Below are positions 9,134 through 18,925 of a DNA stretch of 64,000 bases, piece by piece. The stretch spans positions 64,001 to 128,000 of the forward strand of contig CAVQQD010000002.1 of NCBI GenBank assembly GCA_963714975.1, given 5' to 3'. Below the pieces are notes generated by a model, which was given only the letters and a program-made list of their open reading frames with translations, was not told the origin of the DNA and made no database searches. The position numbers were made by a program, and so were the translations under genes. Numbering within the stretch: position 1 is the first letter of the stretch; each line of letters starts with the position of its first letter. This DNA comes from an uncultured Gammaproteobacteria bacterium (GTDB taxonomy: Bacteria; Pseudomonadota; Gammaproteobacteria; JAURND01).

Positions 9134-11014
9134 TTATCTCCTTGATTTATAAAGCCACACACCAATAGAGAGTATTGTAATCAATCCAATCCCCGCCGCA
9201 AACGGTTCAAAACTAGTTGGCACTAATCGTAATGCATCAGAGCTACCTAATAGCACAAAGGGAACGGCTAATAAAACCCCGGCTAAGGCTGCGCCAGCCA
9301 CCAGTCCGCACGCTAACATTATTCCAGCTTCTGGTACTGAATGCGGGCCTAATTTTCGTTGGCAAAGGTATTTAATCACTCCTCCCAAGACGATAGCCGA
9401 AATAATCTCTGGGGGCAGGTATAATCCAATGCCAATGCCCAGGATCACCAAGCGCTTACCTGATGAGCGTCTTAAATATTCGTCAATCAATCCCGCGATT
9501 ATCCCAATACCAGCGCCAATACTGATATCTCTCAGGGGTAGGTTGCGATCCAGAGCGGCTTGAGTAATAGCAGCAATGAGTCCGGCTTGGGGAGCCGTTA
9601 ACATTTGCGTGGAGCTCATCCCAGGCCGAGGGAACACGCCGCCAATCCCATAAGCGGTATAGAGCAATTGTAATACTGGTCCAAAAACCAAGCTACTGAC
9701 AATGACACCGATGATCATTATTAACTGTTGCTTCCAGGGGGTAGCCCCTACTATTTGGCCCGCTTTGAGGTCTTGAATGTTTTCGCCGGAAATGATCATT
9801 ATGTTAGCCAGGAGGGAGATTACAATTAATACCATACCTATTTTTATTAAGGGTGCTTGCTGTTTTAAAAACAGCATAGCTAAAGCGGAGGTCAGGAATA
9901 CACAGCACAGCAGCAAGGCCGAAAGGGGATTGTTGGTGGTCCCTACTAACCCGCTCAAATAAGCACAAACGGCGGCGCCAAGGAAACCCACTACAATCAC
10001 GAACAGTACTATTAAGAAAGGAATAGTGGCACTAATGTCCGGAAAAAAATAGCTCAAAACTCCATAAGCCATCACCAAAAGCGCCAGCAAGCATACACTC
10101 ATATAACTTAAAGGAATATCTTGCACCTTGAGGAGACCTGCTGGTTGGCTGGTGGGTAATTTTAGAGCTTGTATTGAAGAGAAAATCCCCAGGGTGATCG
10201 GTTTAATTAAGTTGACTAAAGTCCAAATTCCCCCAATCAGCATTGTGCCCACTCCCATATAGCGAATATGGTCATTGCGCAGTGCCGTGACCATGGCATA
10301 GCAGTTATCTGCCTGGGGTATGCCATAATGGAGACTTAACAGGGGCAAAGCCAGATACCACGCTAACACGAAGCCAATAAACATGGAAATGCAAGCTTGA
10401 ATTCCGACAATGAATCCAGCACCCAACAAAGTGGGAGAAAATCCTAGGCCAAGTCCAAATAAAATTTTGCCTTTTATCACCGTCCATAGTTGCAGGCTAT
10501 CGGCCAAGATTTTAAAGCCAGTTTGCAGGATGACAATGCTGGCGCCAGTAAGACCTCCTTGAATTAAACGGTGCATTTTTATCCCATCATTTTGGCTGGC
10601 CTGTAACACATTGCCAATGGCAGTCCCTTCAGGAAAATGTAGATTAGGGTAGTTGAGCAAAATTCGTCGCAAGGGAATGGAAAAAAATACCCCGATCAGG
10701 CCGCTCACGGCAATAATTAGCACGGTTTCCCAATAAGGGAAATTTTGCCAATAGCCCATGATCAGCAAGGTCGGCAAGGTAAAAGAAATGGCCGCTGCAA
10801 TAGCGCCACCCGCCGAAGCGCCAGTTTGGACGATATTGTTTTCCAAAATATTATGCTGTTTAAATAGTCGCAAGGTACTCATGGCAATCATGGCGGCTGG
10901 GATGGAAACAGCAATGGTTTGTCCTAGTTTTAATGCCAGATAGACATTAGCAGCGCCTAGAACCGCCGCGAGGATGATCGCTAAGAGGATAGCTTTGCAG
11001 GTGAGTTCAGGCAT
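9134..11014 (-). CDS. OPT-family oligopeptide transporter
   Basis: PELT, NVYLALKLG, ENNIVQT, FPEG, QDLKAG..GATPWKQQ, APQA. Confidence 0.93.
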   Translation of the reverse strand: MPELTCKAILLAIILAAVLGAANVYLALKLGQTIAVSIPAAMIAMSTLRLFKQHNILENNIVQTGASAGGAIAAAISFTLPTLLIMGYWQNFPYWETVLIIAVSGLIGVFFSIPLRRILLNYPNLHFPEGTAIGNVLQASQNDGIKMHRLIQGGLTGASIVILQTGFKILADSLQLWTVIKGKILFGLGLGFSPTLLGAGFIVGIQACISMFIGFVLAWYLALPLLSLHYGIPQADNCYAMVTALRNDHIRYMGVGTMLIGGIWTLVNLIKPITLGIFSSIQALKLPTSQPAGLLKVQDIPLSYMSVCLLALLVMAYGVLSYFFPDISATIPFLIVLFVIVVGFLGAAVCAYLSGLVGTTNNPLSALLLCCVFLTSALAMLFLKQQAPLIKIGMVLIVISLLANIMIISGENIQDLKAGQIVGATPWKQQLIMIIGVIVSSLVFGPVLQLLYTAYGIGGVFPRPGMSSTQMLTAPQAGLIAAITQAALDRNLPLRDISIGAGIGIIAGLIDEYLRRSSGKRLVILGIGIGLYLPPEIISAIVLGGVIKYLCQRKLGPHSVPEAGIMLACGLVAGAALAGVLLAVPFVLLGSSDALRLVPTSFEPFAAGIGLITILSIGVWLYKSRR

Positions 11015-11017
11015 AGC

Positions 11018-11620
11018 CTAAAATAGCCAGTGGTCTAGTACCGTCCATACATGGTCTAAGCCGATACGATCCAATGAAGAAAATAACTGGACGCTTACAG
11101 GTTCGCTGACAATTTGTTGCAGATTTTGCTCTACTTGGCGTAAAGCCGTGGTGGCTGCCCCATGACCAAGTTTGTCACATTTGCTGAGCAGGATATGTAA
11201 GGGCACCTTGCACTGAGTGGCCCATTGGATAATTTGTTGATCAGAGTCTTTTAACGGATGGCGAATATCCATAATTAAAATCAGACCCTTGAGACAGCGC
11301 CGCGTTTGCAAATATCGATCGACGGCGTCTTCCAAGTGCTGTCGATGATGCAGCGGTACTTTGGCATAGCCGTAACCAGGCAAATCGACAAAGCGCCGAT
11401 GGTCATCTAAACGGAAGAAAAGAATAGTCTGCGTCCGGCCCGGGGTTTTGCTGCTGCGTGCCAGGCCTTTAATGCCAGTGACGGTATTAATAGCACTGGA
11501 CTTACCCGCATTTGAGCGGCCAATAAAAGCCACCTCGCCGCCTTCATCAGCAGGCATTTGCTCTAATGACGCGGCGCTCAACAAAAAGCTGGCATTATGA
11601 TAGGGGGTTTTGAAAGTCAT
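11018..11620 (-). CDS. engB: Ribosome biogenesis GTPase EngB/YihA
   Basis: GRSNAGKSS, SKTPGRTQ, DLPGYGYA. Confidence 0.96.
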   Translation of the reverse strand: MTFKTPYHNASFLLSAASLEQMPADEGGEVAFIGRSNAGKSSAINTVTGIKGLARSSKTPGRTQTILFFRLDDHRRFVDLPGYGYAKVPLHHRQHLEDAVDRYLQTRRCLKGLILIMDIRHPLKDSDQQIIQWATQCKVPLHILLSKCDKLGHGAATTALRQVEQNLQQIVSEPVSVQLFSSLDRIGLDHVWTVLDHWLF

Positions 11621-11626
11621 GATGGT

Positions 11627-12694
11627 TCACAGGTGGGCACGGGGATCTAACTCGCCGGATTGATAACGCTGTGCCATTTTTTCTAGGGAGATGACGTTAA
11701 TTTTATCTGCCCGGCCAGCGGTACCAAACTCTTCATAACGTGCTTTGCAAATCTCAGTCATGGCCTTAATAGTTTCCCCCAGATACTTACGTGGATCAAA
11801 TTCTGCAGGATGTTTGGCGAGAAAACGCCGAATGGCTCCCGTGGAAGCCAAGCGTAAATCTGTATCGATGTTCACTTTACGTACGCCATGGCGGATGCCT
11901 TCTTGGATTTCCGCAATGGGTACGCCGTAGGTTTCTTTAATATCGCCGCCAAATTCATTAATAATAGCGAGCCAATCTTGTGGAACTGAGGAAGAACCAT
12001 GCATCACTAAGTGGGTGTCGGGGATGCGAGCATGAATTTGTTTTACCTGTTCCAGGGATAAAGTTTCTCCAGTGGGGGGGCGCGAAAATTTATAAGCGCC
12101 ATGACTGGTGCCAATCGCAATGGCCAGGGCATCTACTTTGGTTGCTTTGACAAAATCAGCTGCTTGCACCGGATCGGTGAGTAATTGATCGTGAGATAAT
12201 TTACCTTCAGCACCCGAACCATCTTCATCTGCCGCCATTTGGGTTTCCAGCGAGCCTAAACAGCCTAATTCTCCTTCCACCGACACGCCACCGGCATGGG
12301 CCATATCCACTGCGAGTTGAGTGGTTTGTACGTTATATTCGTAAGAAGCAGGGGTTTTCATATCTTCACGGAGTGAACCATCCATCATCACCGAGGTAAA
12401 GCCGAGTTGAATGGAGCGTTGGCAAACGGCTGGAGAAGCACCGTGGTCTTGGTGCATACAAATCGGCAAATGTGGCCATTCTTCTACAGCCGCTAGAATA
12501 AGATTACGAATAAAAGCAGGCCCGGCATATTTACGCGCACCCGAAGAAGCTTGAACAATGACTGGACTGTTGGTGGCGTCAGCCGCTTCCATAATTGCGC
12601 GGAGTTGTTCCAGATTATTCACATTAAAGGCAGGGACACCATAATTATGTTCGGCCGCATGGTCTAATAGTTGACGCAATGAGATAAGTGGCAT
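11627..12694 (-). CDS. fba: Class II fructose-bisphosphate aldolase
   Basis: [41 protein letters not shown]. Confidence 0.97.
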   Translation of the reverse strand: MPLISLRQLLDHAAEHNYGVPAFNVNNLEQLRAIMEAADATNSPVIVQASSGARKYAGPAFIRNLILAAVEEWPHLPICMHQDHGASPAVCQRSIQLGFTSVMMDGSLREDMKTPASYEYNVQTTQLAVDMAHAGGVSVEGELGCLGSLETQMAADEDGSGAEGKLSHDQLLTDPVQAADFVKATKVDALAIAIGTSHGAYKFSRPPTGETLSLEQVKQIHARIPDTHLVMHGSSSVPQDWLAIINEFGGDIKETYGVPIAEIQEGIRHGVRKVNIDTDLRLASTGAIRRFLAKHPAEFDPRKYLGETIKAMTEICKARYEEFGTAGRADKINVISLEKMAQRYQSGELDPRAHL

Positions 12695-12840
12695 TAATAG
12701 ATATCCTTAATTGTTATATTTAAGATGGTGGGGGATTATACAAGAACTTTTAGACCAAAGCACCAGAAATGAAATCCCCCCTCCCAAGCCGTCGGCATTA
12801 TCCCTTCTCCTGCACACATATCGGTCAGCTCCCGCAAGCT

Positions 12841-13458
12841 TTAGCCCGAGCCCCCGCCAGGTTGTGGACCCTTTGCCACATATTCCGCCCGTAGACGGCG
12901 AATTCTTTCGTGTTTTGCTTTGTCTACTTCGCTAGGCTCAAAGCCTAAACTAGGATAATTGCGGTCCTGGGTTACCATCCAGATCGCCCATTTCATAAAC
13001 TCCGTTCCGGAAATAATTTCTACCCCAGGCCAGCCTTTTTCCATGGCCCAGATAATCATGGCTTCTGCAGTAATTAACCCTTGAATAGTCACAGAAAAAA
13101 AACCGCCTCCGCCTTCCCCACCTTCTCTTTCCTTAGCTTCACCCAGCTCAGGATTACCGGGACCATACAAATAAGGACCGGGAGAGCTGCTCATCGCTTG
13201 CCCATAATCATGAATTAACCAGCCACTGCCGGCACGTCTAAATTGCGGGATGATAGTTTCTTCCCATTGTGGATTGCTGCTAATGATTTGCACATAAGGG
13301 TATAATCGCAGCAGATATAAAACATCTTCATGGCGGATTGGTTTGCTCCAATCAATTGCCGGAATATCCATGCCAATTGCCCGATCGCCCCACACGCTTC
13401 TAATAAATGCATTGGCTGCCTTAGAAAAACGATCGTCATTGCTGCTTGAGTCAGACAT
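12841..13458 (-). CDS. Hypothetical protein (LPD7-like C-terminal motif; possible secretion-system associated)
   Basis: ATG 13458 with GGAG RBS; motifs SGWLIHDYG and AMIIWAMEKGW.GVEIISGT. Confidence 0.75.
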   Translation of the reverse strand: MSDSSSNDDRFSKAANAFIRSVWGDRAIGMDIPAIDWSKPIRHEDVLYLLRLYPYVQIISSNPQWEETIIPQFRRAGSGWLIHDYGQAMSSSPGPYLYGPGNPELGEAKEREGGEGGGGFFSVTIQGLITAEAMIIWAMEKGWPGVEIISGTEFMKWAIWMVTQDRNYPSLGFEPSEVDKAKHERIRRLRAEYVAKGPQPGGGSG

Positions 13459-13563
13459 TAAAAGCTCCACGGGGTCGGGAAAGTCGGGTATTATACCATG
13501 GCAAATGCTGCGCAGAAAATCCCTTGTCCGAAGGCCTGATGAGGGTGCAGCGCTTTTAATATA

Positions 13564-13596
13564 TTTAATATTCACCTAAGAAAGGCTTGGTAAACT
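13564..13596 (+). promoter_or_regulatory. PmrA-type box plus -10
   Basis: tTTAA-ta-TT-ca-cCTAA-ga-AA-N7-TAAACT upstream of the membrane-protein array. Confidence 0.5.
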
Positions 13597-13698
13597 ACCC
13601 TGAATTGCAAGATTCGCCAGTCATCCCTGCATAGAGGCAGGGATCCAGTCCGCAGGATGAAGTTGTAAATAAATTTAAACTAAGTGAGGAGGTAAGTT

Positions 13699-14376
13699 AT
13701 GTTTGCTGCTAAGGCGAGAGAAGTTTCGGTAAGAGAAAAGCCAAATGGTATGCTAAAACCCTACCTAGGTCCTGTATTAAAAGAAACAGCCAGAGCTGAG
13801 TTAGGAGTAGCAACTACCGTTTGGGTTATTGCTAGTCTCTCCAATTTATACAGTCAATACAACATTTCTGGGTCGATTACTGATCCAGCAAGCTGTTTTT
13901 GGAGTACGGAAATCGCTGAAACTATGTTGCTGTTAGCTAGTCTAGCCGCTATTTTAACTTTTATAATACTCAGGTGTGCTTTCCAGGATCTGCATGCCAA
14001 CGAAATTTCTAATAAAATGGAACAAGATAAAAAATCAGACGAAGAAAAAATGCTTCAAACTCCAAAATTGTTGACGCTCTTTCAGGCGGGACTATATGGC
14101 GCTTTCTTTGGTTGGATGGTTGGGAGCTGCTTAAATTTCTATAGCGCCAATACTGTAGCAGATGCCTGGACGGGTCGCGCAATTAATTCTGCTGATTTTT
14201 GCAAGGGTCCCGAAGTAGCTCGAGATGCGTTGATCGGAGCTGTGTTATTTATGGTAATTGCTAGTATCCATTATTGGAAGGTGCACAAAAATCAAAATTC
14301 TGAGGCAATTAGTGCGCAGACCACTCAAGTGCGCAATGAAATAATTTCATGGGAAGATACAAACTTAAATCAGTGA
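13699..14376 (+). CDS. Hypothetical 4-TM protein, tandem family member 1
   Basis: GAGGAGG RBS; SNLYSQY..GSI.DP..CF motif shared with neighbours. Confidence 0.85.
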   Translation: MFAAKAREVSVREKPNGMLKPYLGPVLKETARAELGVATTVWVIASLSNLYSQYNISGSITDPASCFWSTEIAETMLLLASLAAILTFIILRCAFQDLHANEISNKMEQDKKSDEEKMLQTPKLLTLFQAGLYGAFFGWMVGSCLNFYSANTVADAWTGRAINSADFCKGPEVARDALIGAVLFMVIASIHYWKVHKNQNSEAISAQTTQVRNEIISWEDTNLNQ

Positions 14377-14386
14377 GATATTTCAA

Positions 14387-14682
14387 ATGTGGGAAATTAA
14401 GGAAACAGGGAGAGATGAACCAGAGGAATGTAAATACGACAAACAGGAAAGGATCAAGCAAGGCCTAACTTTAACTGGGATTGGGATATTTGCAGCGGGC
14501 TTTGTCTGGTCGGTTGCTGGCCTTTCCAATATGTACAGTCAATACCGCGCTGCTGGAGCAATTATTGATCCGGCCGATTGTTTTTGGCGTACGGAAATTG
14601 TTGAAACTGCTTTGCTTTGATACTGTCTCTAATAGTAATGGAGTTAACAGAGTGGGATCATCCTTTAGCCAAAATTAAATGA
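14387..14682 (+). pseudogene. Tandem family member 2, frameshifted by a GCTTT duplication (14609-14618)
   Basis: SNMYSQY..IIDPADCFWRTEIVET; removing 5 bp extends the hydrophobic helix to TGA 14680-14682. Confidence 0.6.
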
Positions 14683-14709
14683 AATGTATCAAAGAGAGCG
14701 AGGTGTCTT

Positions 14710-15292
14710 ATGTCGGTAGAAAGTACGAAAATTTTTGCCAAGAAAACCGCTGGGCTTGGGTTAGCAACAGCGAGTAGCATCTGGATTATTGCTGGCCTTT
14801 CCAATTTGTACAGTCAGTACAGCGCTTCTGGATCGATCATTGACCCAGGAGATTGTTTTTTGCGCTGGGAAATTGCTGACACTGTTTTCATGGCAACGTT
14901 CTTAACTATTATGCTATCCTTTCTTTACTTATTGCCTCGATGTATGTGCGAATGTCCTGATGCTCCTGATGAAGTAATAGGTCCAAAGATTGTAATGAAA
15001 GAAACGCTTAAAAATGGATTATTGGGTGCATTTTTGGGTTGGTTGACTGGAACTTTTATAAATTTCTATAGTACACATAGTCTATTTGATACGGCGGCTA
15101 TAGCTAAGGGTGATTGTGTGGGACCCGAAGTCAGTCGAGCTGCGCTGATCGGAGCGGCATTGTTTGTTTATGGCTGTTAGTGTGATATATTATGCTTGGA
15201 AGGCGTATAAACAGGGGAAAGCGGAGTCGGAGGCTAATTCCACCGCCGGGACGACTTACCCCTATCACGGCTCTAATTCTAATAGTAACTAA
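14710..15292 (+). pseudogene. Tandem family member 3, C-terminus frameshifted by a GTTT duplication (15162-15169); ORF as given 14710..15180
   Basis: Removing 4 bp gives LFMAVSVIYYAWK, matching LFMVIASIHYWK of member 1. Confidence 0.65.
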
Positions 15293-15307
15293 TAATGAGG
15301 AGGTATT

Positions 15308-15691
15308 ATGAGACAACAAAGACAAACACTAGCGCCTGAAAGACAACGACTAACGCCTGAGCAAGAACAGATGGCAAATTGGATGACGCCAGTGTTTGGA
15401 ATCTTCTATACTGGGTTGATTGGAACTGTATGTGGTTGGGCTATTGGTAGCACGCTCCACTTATATGACAAGTATAGTGTTTCGGATATTTGGACCGGCC
15501 AGGTGTCTTCTGCTGATCAAATGAAGTGTTTTTTTGATGCTGAGGCTGGCAGAAGCGCGCTGGTTGGGTTTAGCCTATTCGCTGTGGGATTTCTTCTTTA
15601 CTATATTCGGACGCAGGTATGTTGTAGCAAGAATTCGGGCGTTTTAGAAGGGGATTCCACGAGAGCACCAGGTTACCAAAGTAATAATTAA
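15308..15691 (+). CDS. Tandem family member 4 (second half-repeat only)
   Basis: GAGGAGG RBS; G..CGWAIGS.LHLY...D.WTG...C...EAGRSALVG matches the C-half of member 1. Confidence 0.8.
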   Translation: MRQQRQTLAPERQRLTPEQEQMANWMTPVFGIFYTGLIGTVCGWAIGSTLHLYDKYSVSDIWTGQVSSADQMKCFFDAEAGRSALVGFSLFAVGFLLYYIRTQVCCSKNSGVLEGDSTRAPGYQSNN

Positions 15692-15707
15692 GTTTTAGAG
15701 TGATGGG

Positions 15708-15774
15708 CTCTGTAGGGGACAAAAATAATCCCTCCCTTTGGAAAAGGGAGGGATTATTTTTGTCCCCTACAGAG
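15708..15774. repeat. Perfect ~32-bp inverted repeat
   Basis: CTCTGTAGGGGACAAAAATAATCCCTCCCTTT-gga-reverse complement. Confidence 0.9.
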
Positions 15775-15798
15775 GGAGGATTTCTCTAGTCAGAGTTC

Positions 15799-15831
15799 TC
15801 TAATATTCTTTTAAGAATCTTATGCTATTAT
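15799..15831 (+). promoter_or_regulatory. PmrA-type box plus -10
   Basis: tCTAA-ta-TT-ct-tTTAA-ga-AT-N7-TATTAT. Confidence 0.5.
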
Positions 15832-16026
15832 TACTCTACTTATGAAAAGCATGAGGGGATTCCGTGGGTCCTCTCTCATACATCTTTGGCTCTATTCCTT
15901 CTCCCCGGGCTCTTCGTCATCCCTCGCTTCGCTCGGGATGACTGCAAGCTCCTCGGGATGACGGAGAGCCCAAGGGGAGAAGGAATAATGTCGAGGAATT
16001 TATATTCAAAGAGCAGAGAATCAATA

Positions 16027-16491
16027 ATGGCAATGACACTCAATTTCAAAGTTAAAACACCCAGCATGACGGCTCCAAAGGCAGAAATACGCCCAAAGCC
16101 GGCGCCGGTGAATGCTACGCTGCCTTCTTCTCAGTTGAGCAATCAACAAACCGCACGCGTAGATGCTCAGGCAGCACCAAGACTCACTAATGCTGAGACC
16201 TTGCGTGCAGCTCCACCCCAGCCAAATTTCCAGGTGGCGCAGCAAGCTGCTGCTCCTGCGCCGAAGGGCGAAGTAAAAAGTGCTTTTGCTAAGCTAGCTG
16301 CTCTTATGGGGGGTGACGCGAACGCGAAAAATGCAGCCGCGAAATTTATGATTGCGCAACCTGCTTGGGCGACTAAAGCGGCTTCTCAATTGAGTGGTCC
16401 TAACCCCGGGAAGGCCGTAGAATCTGTGCGGGCTTTTCAGCAACCGCAACCGCAACCGGAGCCTCAAGGTAGCAGGGCTTTCGGCAGGTAA
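16027..16491 (+). CDS. Hypothetical Ala/Pro/Gln-rich protein (effector candidate)
   Basis: Low-complexity ORF ending PQPQPEPQGSRAFGR; the upstream 15886 extension runs through a palindromic repeat. Confidence 0.7.
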   Translation: MAMTLNFKVKTPSMTAPKAEIRPKPAPVNATLPSSQLSNQQTARVDAQAAPRLTNAETLRAAPPQPNFQVAQQAAAPAPKGEVKSAFAKLAALMGGDANAKNAAAKFMIAQPAWATKAASQLSGPNPGKAVESVRAFQQPQPQPEPQGSRAFGR

Positions 16492-16547
16492 TATGATACA
16501 TCATTTAGCAAGGATGACGCTTTAACGCCGCGCGCAGCGTGCGAGCA

Positions 16548-16578
16548 GGCGGGTTGTCCGCGCGGCAGGACCCCGTAG
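16548..16578. repeat. Dispersed GC-rich repeat
   Basis: GGCGGGTTGTCCGCGCGGCAGGACCCCGTAG; exact reverse complement at 55627-55657. Confidence 0.8.
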
Positions 16579-16614
16579 GCGAGGCGGAAGGCCCGTCCCG
16601 AGTAAGGAAACGAT

Positions 16615-17409
16615 ATGCGAATATTAATGTGTTCCCCCCAATATTTCGGCATTTATTATGAAATAAATCCTTGGATGAGTTTGCAGCGTCAGGCCTGCGT
16701 GGAAACCGCTCAACAGCAGTGGCAACATCTGCGCCAAATCCTCGAGCAGCTTGGGGTAGAAATTAGCTTAGTCAATCCTATCGCGGGCATCCCGGATTTA
16801 ACATTTACGGCGAATGCCGGCTTGGTGCACAACAACACCGTGTATGCCAGCCATTTCCTCCATCCAGAACGTCAGCTTGAAGAACCTTATTATCGTGCTT
16901 GGTTTCAGGATGCGGGTTATCAAGTTTTGCCCCCGGTTGATAATTTTCATTTCGAGGGTGCAGGAGATGCCTTATTTGCCGGTGATATTTTATTTGTGGG
17001 CTATGGGATACGGAGTCAACAAGTCATCTACCCAAAACTTCAAGCTCAGTTTCCCCACTGGTTGCCTGGCCCAGTGGTCGAATGCGAATTAATAGACCCG
17101 TATTTTTACCATCTCGACACCTGTTTTTGCCCTTTAAATACCCAGCAGGCGATTTGGTTTCCCAGTGCTTTTAGTCGCACATCACAACAGCGGCTGCAGC
17201 AATCACTTGAGCTTTGGCCTGTGCCTGATGAAGAAGCGCATCGTTTTGCCTGCAATGCGGTGGTTGTTGCCAAACAGGTGGTTTTACCCACGGGGTGTGA
17301 ACAAACTCAAGCCTATTTAGAATCACAGGGTTATACTACTCATACCTGCGCTATGGATGAATTTTTAAAAGCAGGCGGTGCTTGCAAGTGTTTGACTTTA
17401 ACACTGTAA
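16615..17409 (+). CDS. Amidinotransferase/pentein superfamily hydrolase (arginine dihydrolase/DDAH-like)
   Basis: ILMCSP..F.I.YEINPWM, PDL.FTANAG, FEGAGD, YHLDTCF, GGACKCLT. Confidence 0.9.
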   Translation: MRILMCSPQYFGIYYEINPWMSLQRQACVETAQQQWQHLRQILEQLGVEISLVNPIAGIPDLTFTANAGLVHNNTVYASHFLHPERQLEEPYYRAWFQDAGYQVLPPVDNFHFEGAGDALFAGDILFVGYGIRSQQVIYPKLQAQFPHWLPGPVVECELIDPYFYHLDTCFCPLNTQQAIWFPSAFSRTSQQRLQQSLELWPVPDEEAHRFACNAVVVAKQVVLPTGCEQTQAYLESQGYTTHTCAMDEFLKAGGACKCLTLTL

Positions 17410-17575
17410 ATCCCCGGGCATTAATCCTTCTCCCCTTGTGGGAGAAGGTGGCCGTAGGCCGGATGAAGGGGATGGGGGAGGCTAGGAGAGGAGGTGCGAA
17501 ACATGGCTCACCCCTCATCCGCCTTCGGCACCTTCTCCCACAACGGGAGAAGGATTAATCGGAGGGAGGACGCAG

Positions 17576-18796
17576 ATGAATCCGGTCATTGAAACTGAAA
17601 ATCTTTATGGAGCACATAACTATCATCCTTTGCCCGTGGTTTTAGTCAAGGGGCAGGGGGCGTATCTTTGGGATGATGCAGGTAAACGTTACTTGGATAT
17701 GATGAGTGCTTATTCCGCGGTCAGTCATGGGCATTGTCATCCTAAATTAGTTGCTGCTTTAGCCGAGCAAGCCAGTCAATTGGCGGTCATTTCCCGTGCT
17801 TTCCATTCCGATAAATTGGCGCAATTTTTGCAATATGCCTGTGAATTAACTGGGCAAGAAAAAGCCTTGCCGATGAATTCTGGGGCGGAAGCTGTGGAAA
17901 CATCGATTAAAGCAGTGCGGAAATGGGCTTACACCGTGAAAGGCGTGGCAGAAAACCAAGCGGAAATTATTGCTTGCGAGGGTAATTTCCAGGGGCGCAC
18001 CACGACCATCATTAGCTTTTCCTCTGAGCCCCAATATCGTTATGGCTTTGGACCATTTACTCCAGGCTTTAAGCTGATTCCTTATGGGGATGCAGCCGCC
18101 TTAGAAGAAGCTATTACTGCTAACACCGCTGCTTTTTTTGTGGAACCTATTCAAGGCGAGTCTGGGATTCGTGTTCCCCCTCCTGGGTACTTGGCGCAAT
18201 GCGCAGAAATTTGTCGACGCAAGAATGTGCTGTTAATTTGTGATGAAGTGCAAACTGGATTAGGACGCACTGGAAAATTGTTGGCTTGTGAGCACGAAGG
18301 AGTAAAGCCGGATGGGATTACCTTGGGGAAGGCATTGGGGGGTGGTTTACTGCCCGTTTCACTATTTTTGGCCAAAGCTGAGGTGATGGATGTATTGACC
18401 CCGGGTGATCATGGCAGTACTTTTGGTGGCAATCCCCTAGCGGCCGCTGTAGGATTAGCGGCTTTACAAACCTTGCTGGCGGAAAATTTGATTACGCGAG
18501 CTGCTGAGTTTGGCGATTATTTCCTCCAGGGATTGTCTCGTATCAAAAGCTCGTTGATTAAAGAGATTCGTGGTAAGGGCTTGTTTATTGGTGTAGAAAT
18601 TGATACAAATAAAGCATCTGCTCGTGAGGTGTGTTTGCAGTTGGCGCGCGATGGTTTATTGAGTAAAGACACTCATGGTACGGTGATTCGTTTGTGCCCC
18701 CCTCTCATTATCACCCGAGAACAAATTGATGCGGCATTGGCTATCATTAGGCACAGCTTAAAAGTGATTGAAGAAATTTCCGTAGGGGTCCGCTGA
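17576..18796 (+). CDS. rocD: Ornithine aminotransferase
   Basis: GAHNYHPLPVV, SAYSAV, EPIQGESG, DEVQTGLGRTG, LGKALGGG, HGSTFGGNP. Confidence 0.95.
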   Translation: MNPVIETENLYGAHNYHPLPVVLVKGQGAYLWDDAGKRYLDMMSAYSAVSHGHCHPKLVAALAEQASQLAVISRAFHSDKLAQFLQYACELTGQEKALPMNSGAEAVETSIKAVRKWAYTVKGVAENQAEIIACEGNFQGRTTTIISFSSEPQYRYGFGPFTPGFKLIPYGDAAALEEAITANTAAFFVEPIQGESGIRVPPPGYLAQCAEICRRKNVLLICDEVQTGLGRTGKLLACEHEGVKPDGITLGKALGGGLLPVSLFLAKAEVMDVLTPGDHGSTFGGNPLAAAVGLAALQTLLAENLITRAAEFGDYFLQGLSRIKSSLIKEIRGKGLFIGVEIDTNKASAREVCLQLARDGLLSKDTHGTVIRLCPPLIITREQIDAALAIIRHSLKVIEEISVGVR

Positions 18797-18800
18797 ATAT

Positions 18801-18918
18801 CGTCGTCCCTGCAGGAAGCCGGGATCCAGTACGCGCAGGGACGTGAAACTTTCGCATCCTGCGCCGTGGATCCTGCTGGCATCCATGCCAGGACGACGAT
18901 GTGCTATGCCAGGACGAC
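18801..18918. repeat. REP/RPE-like family B (CGTCGTCCC..GGGATCCAG..GGACGTGAAA)
   Basis: Similar units at ~13621-13660, 20571-20615 (inverted), ~33284-33330, ~47634-47655, 49178-49208, ~49232-49317. Confidence 0.75.
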
Positions 18919-18925
18919 ACTGAGT

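Noticed and set aside
15886-16026. N-terminal extension of the Ala/Pro-rich ORF
   Set aside because: Encoded by a GTCATCCC..GGGATGAC palindrome, with no convincing RBS
17420-17560. Clustered repeats as a CRISPR array or integron attC sites
   Set aside because: No regular repeat-spacer period and no cas or intI gene; these are dispersed REP-like inverted pairs
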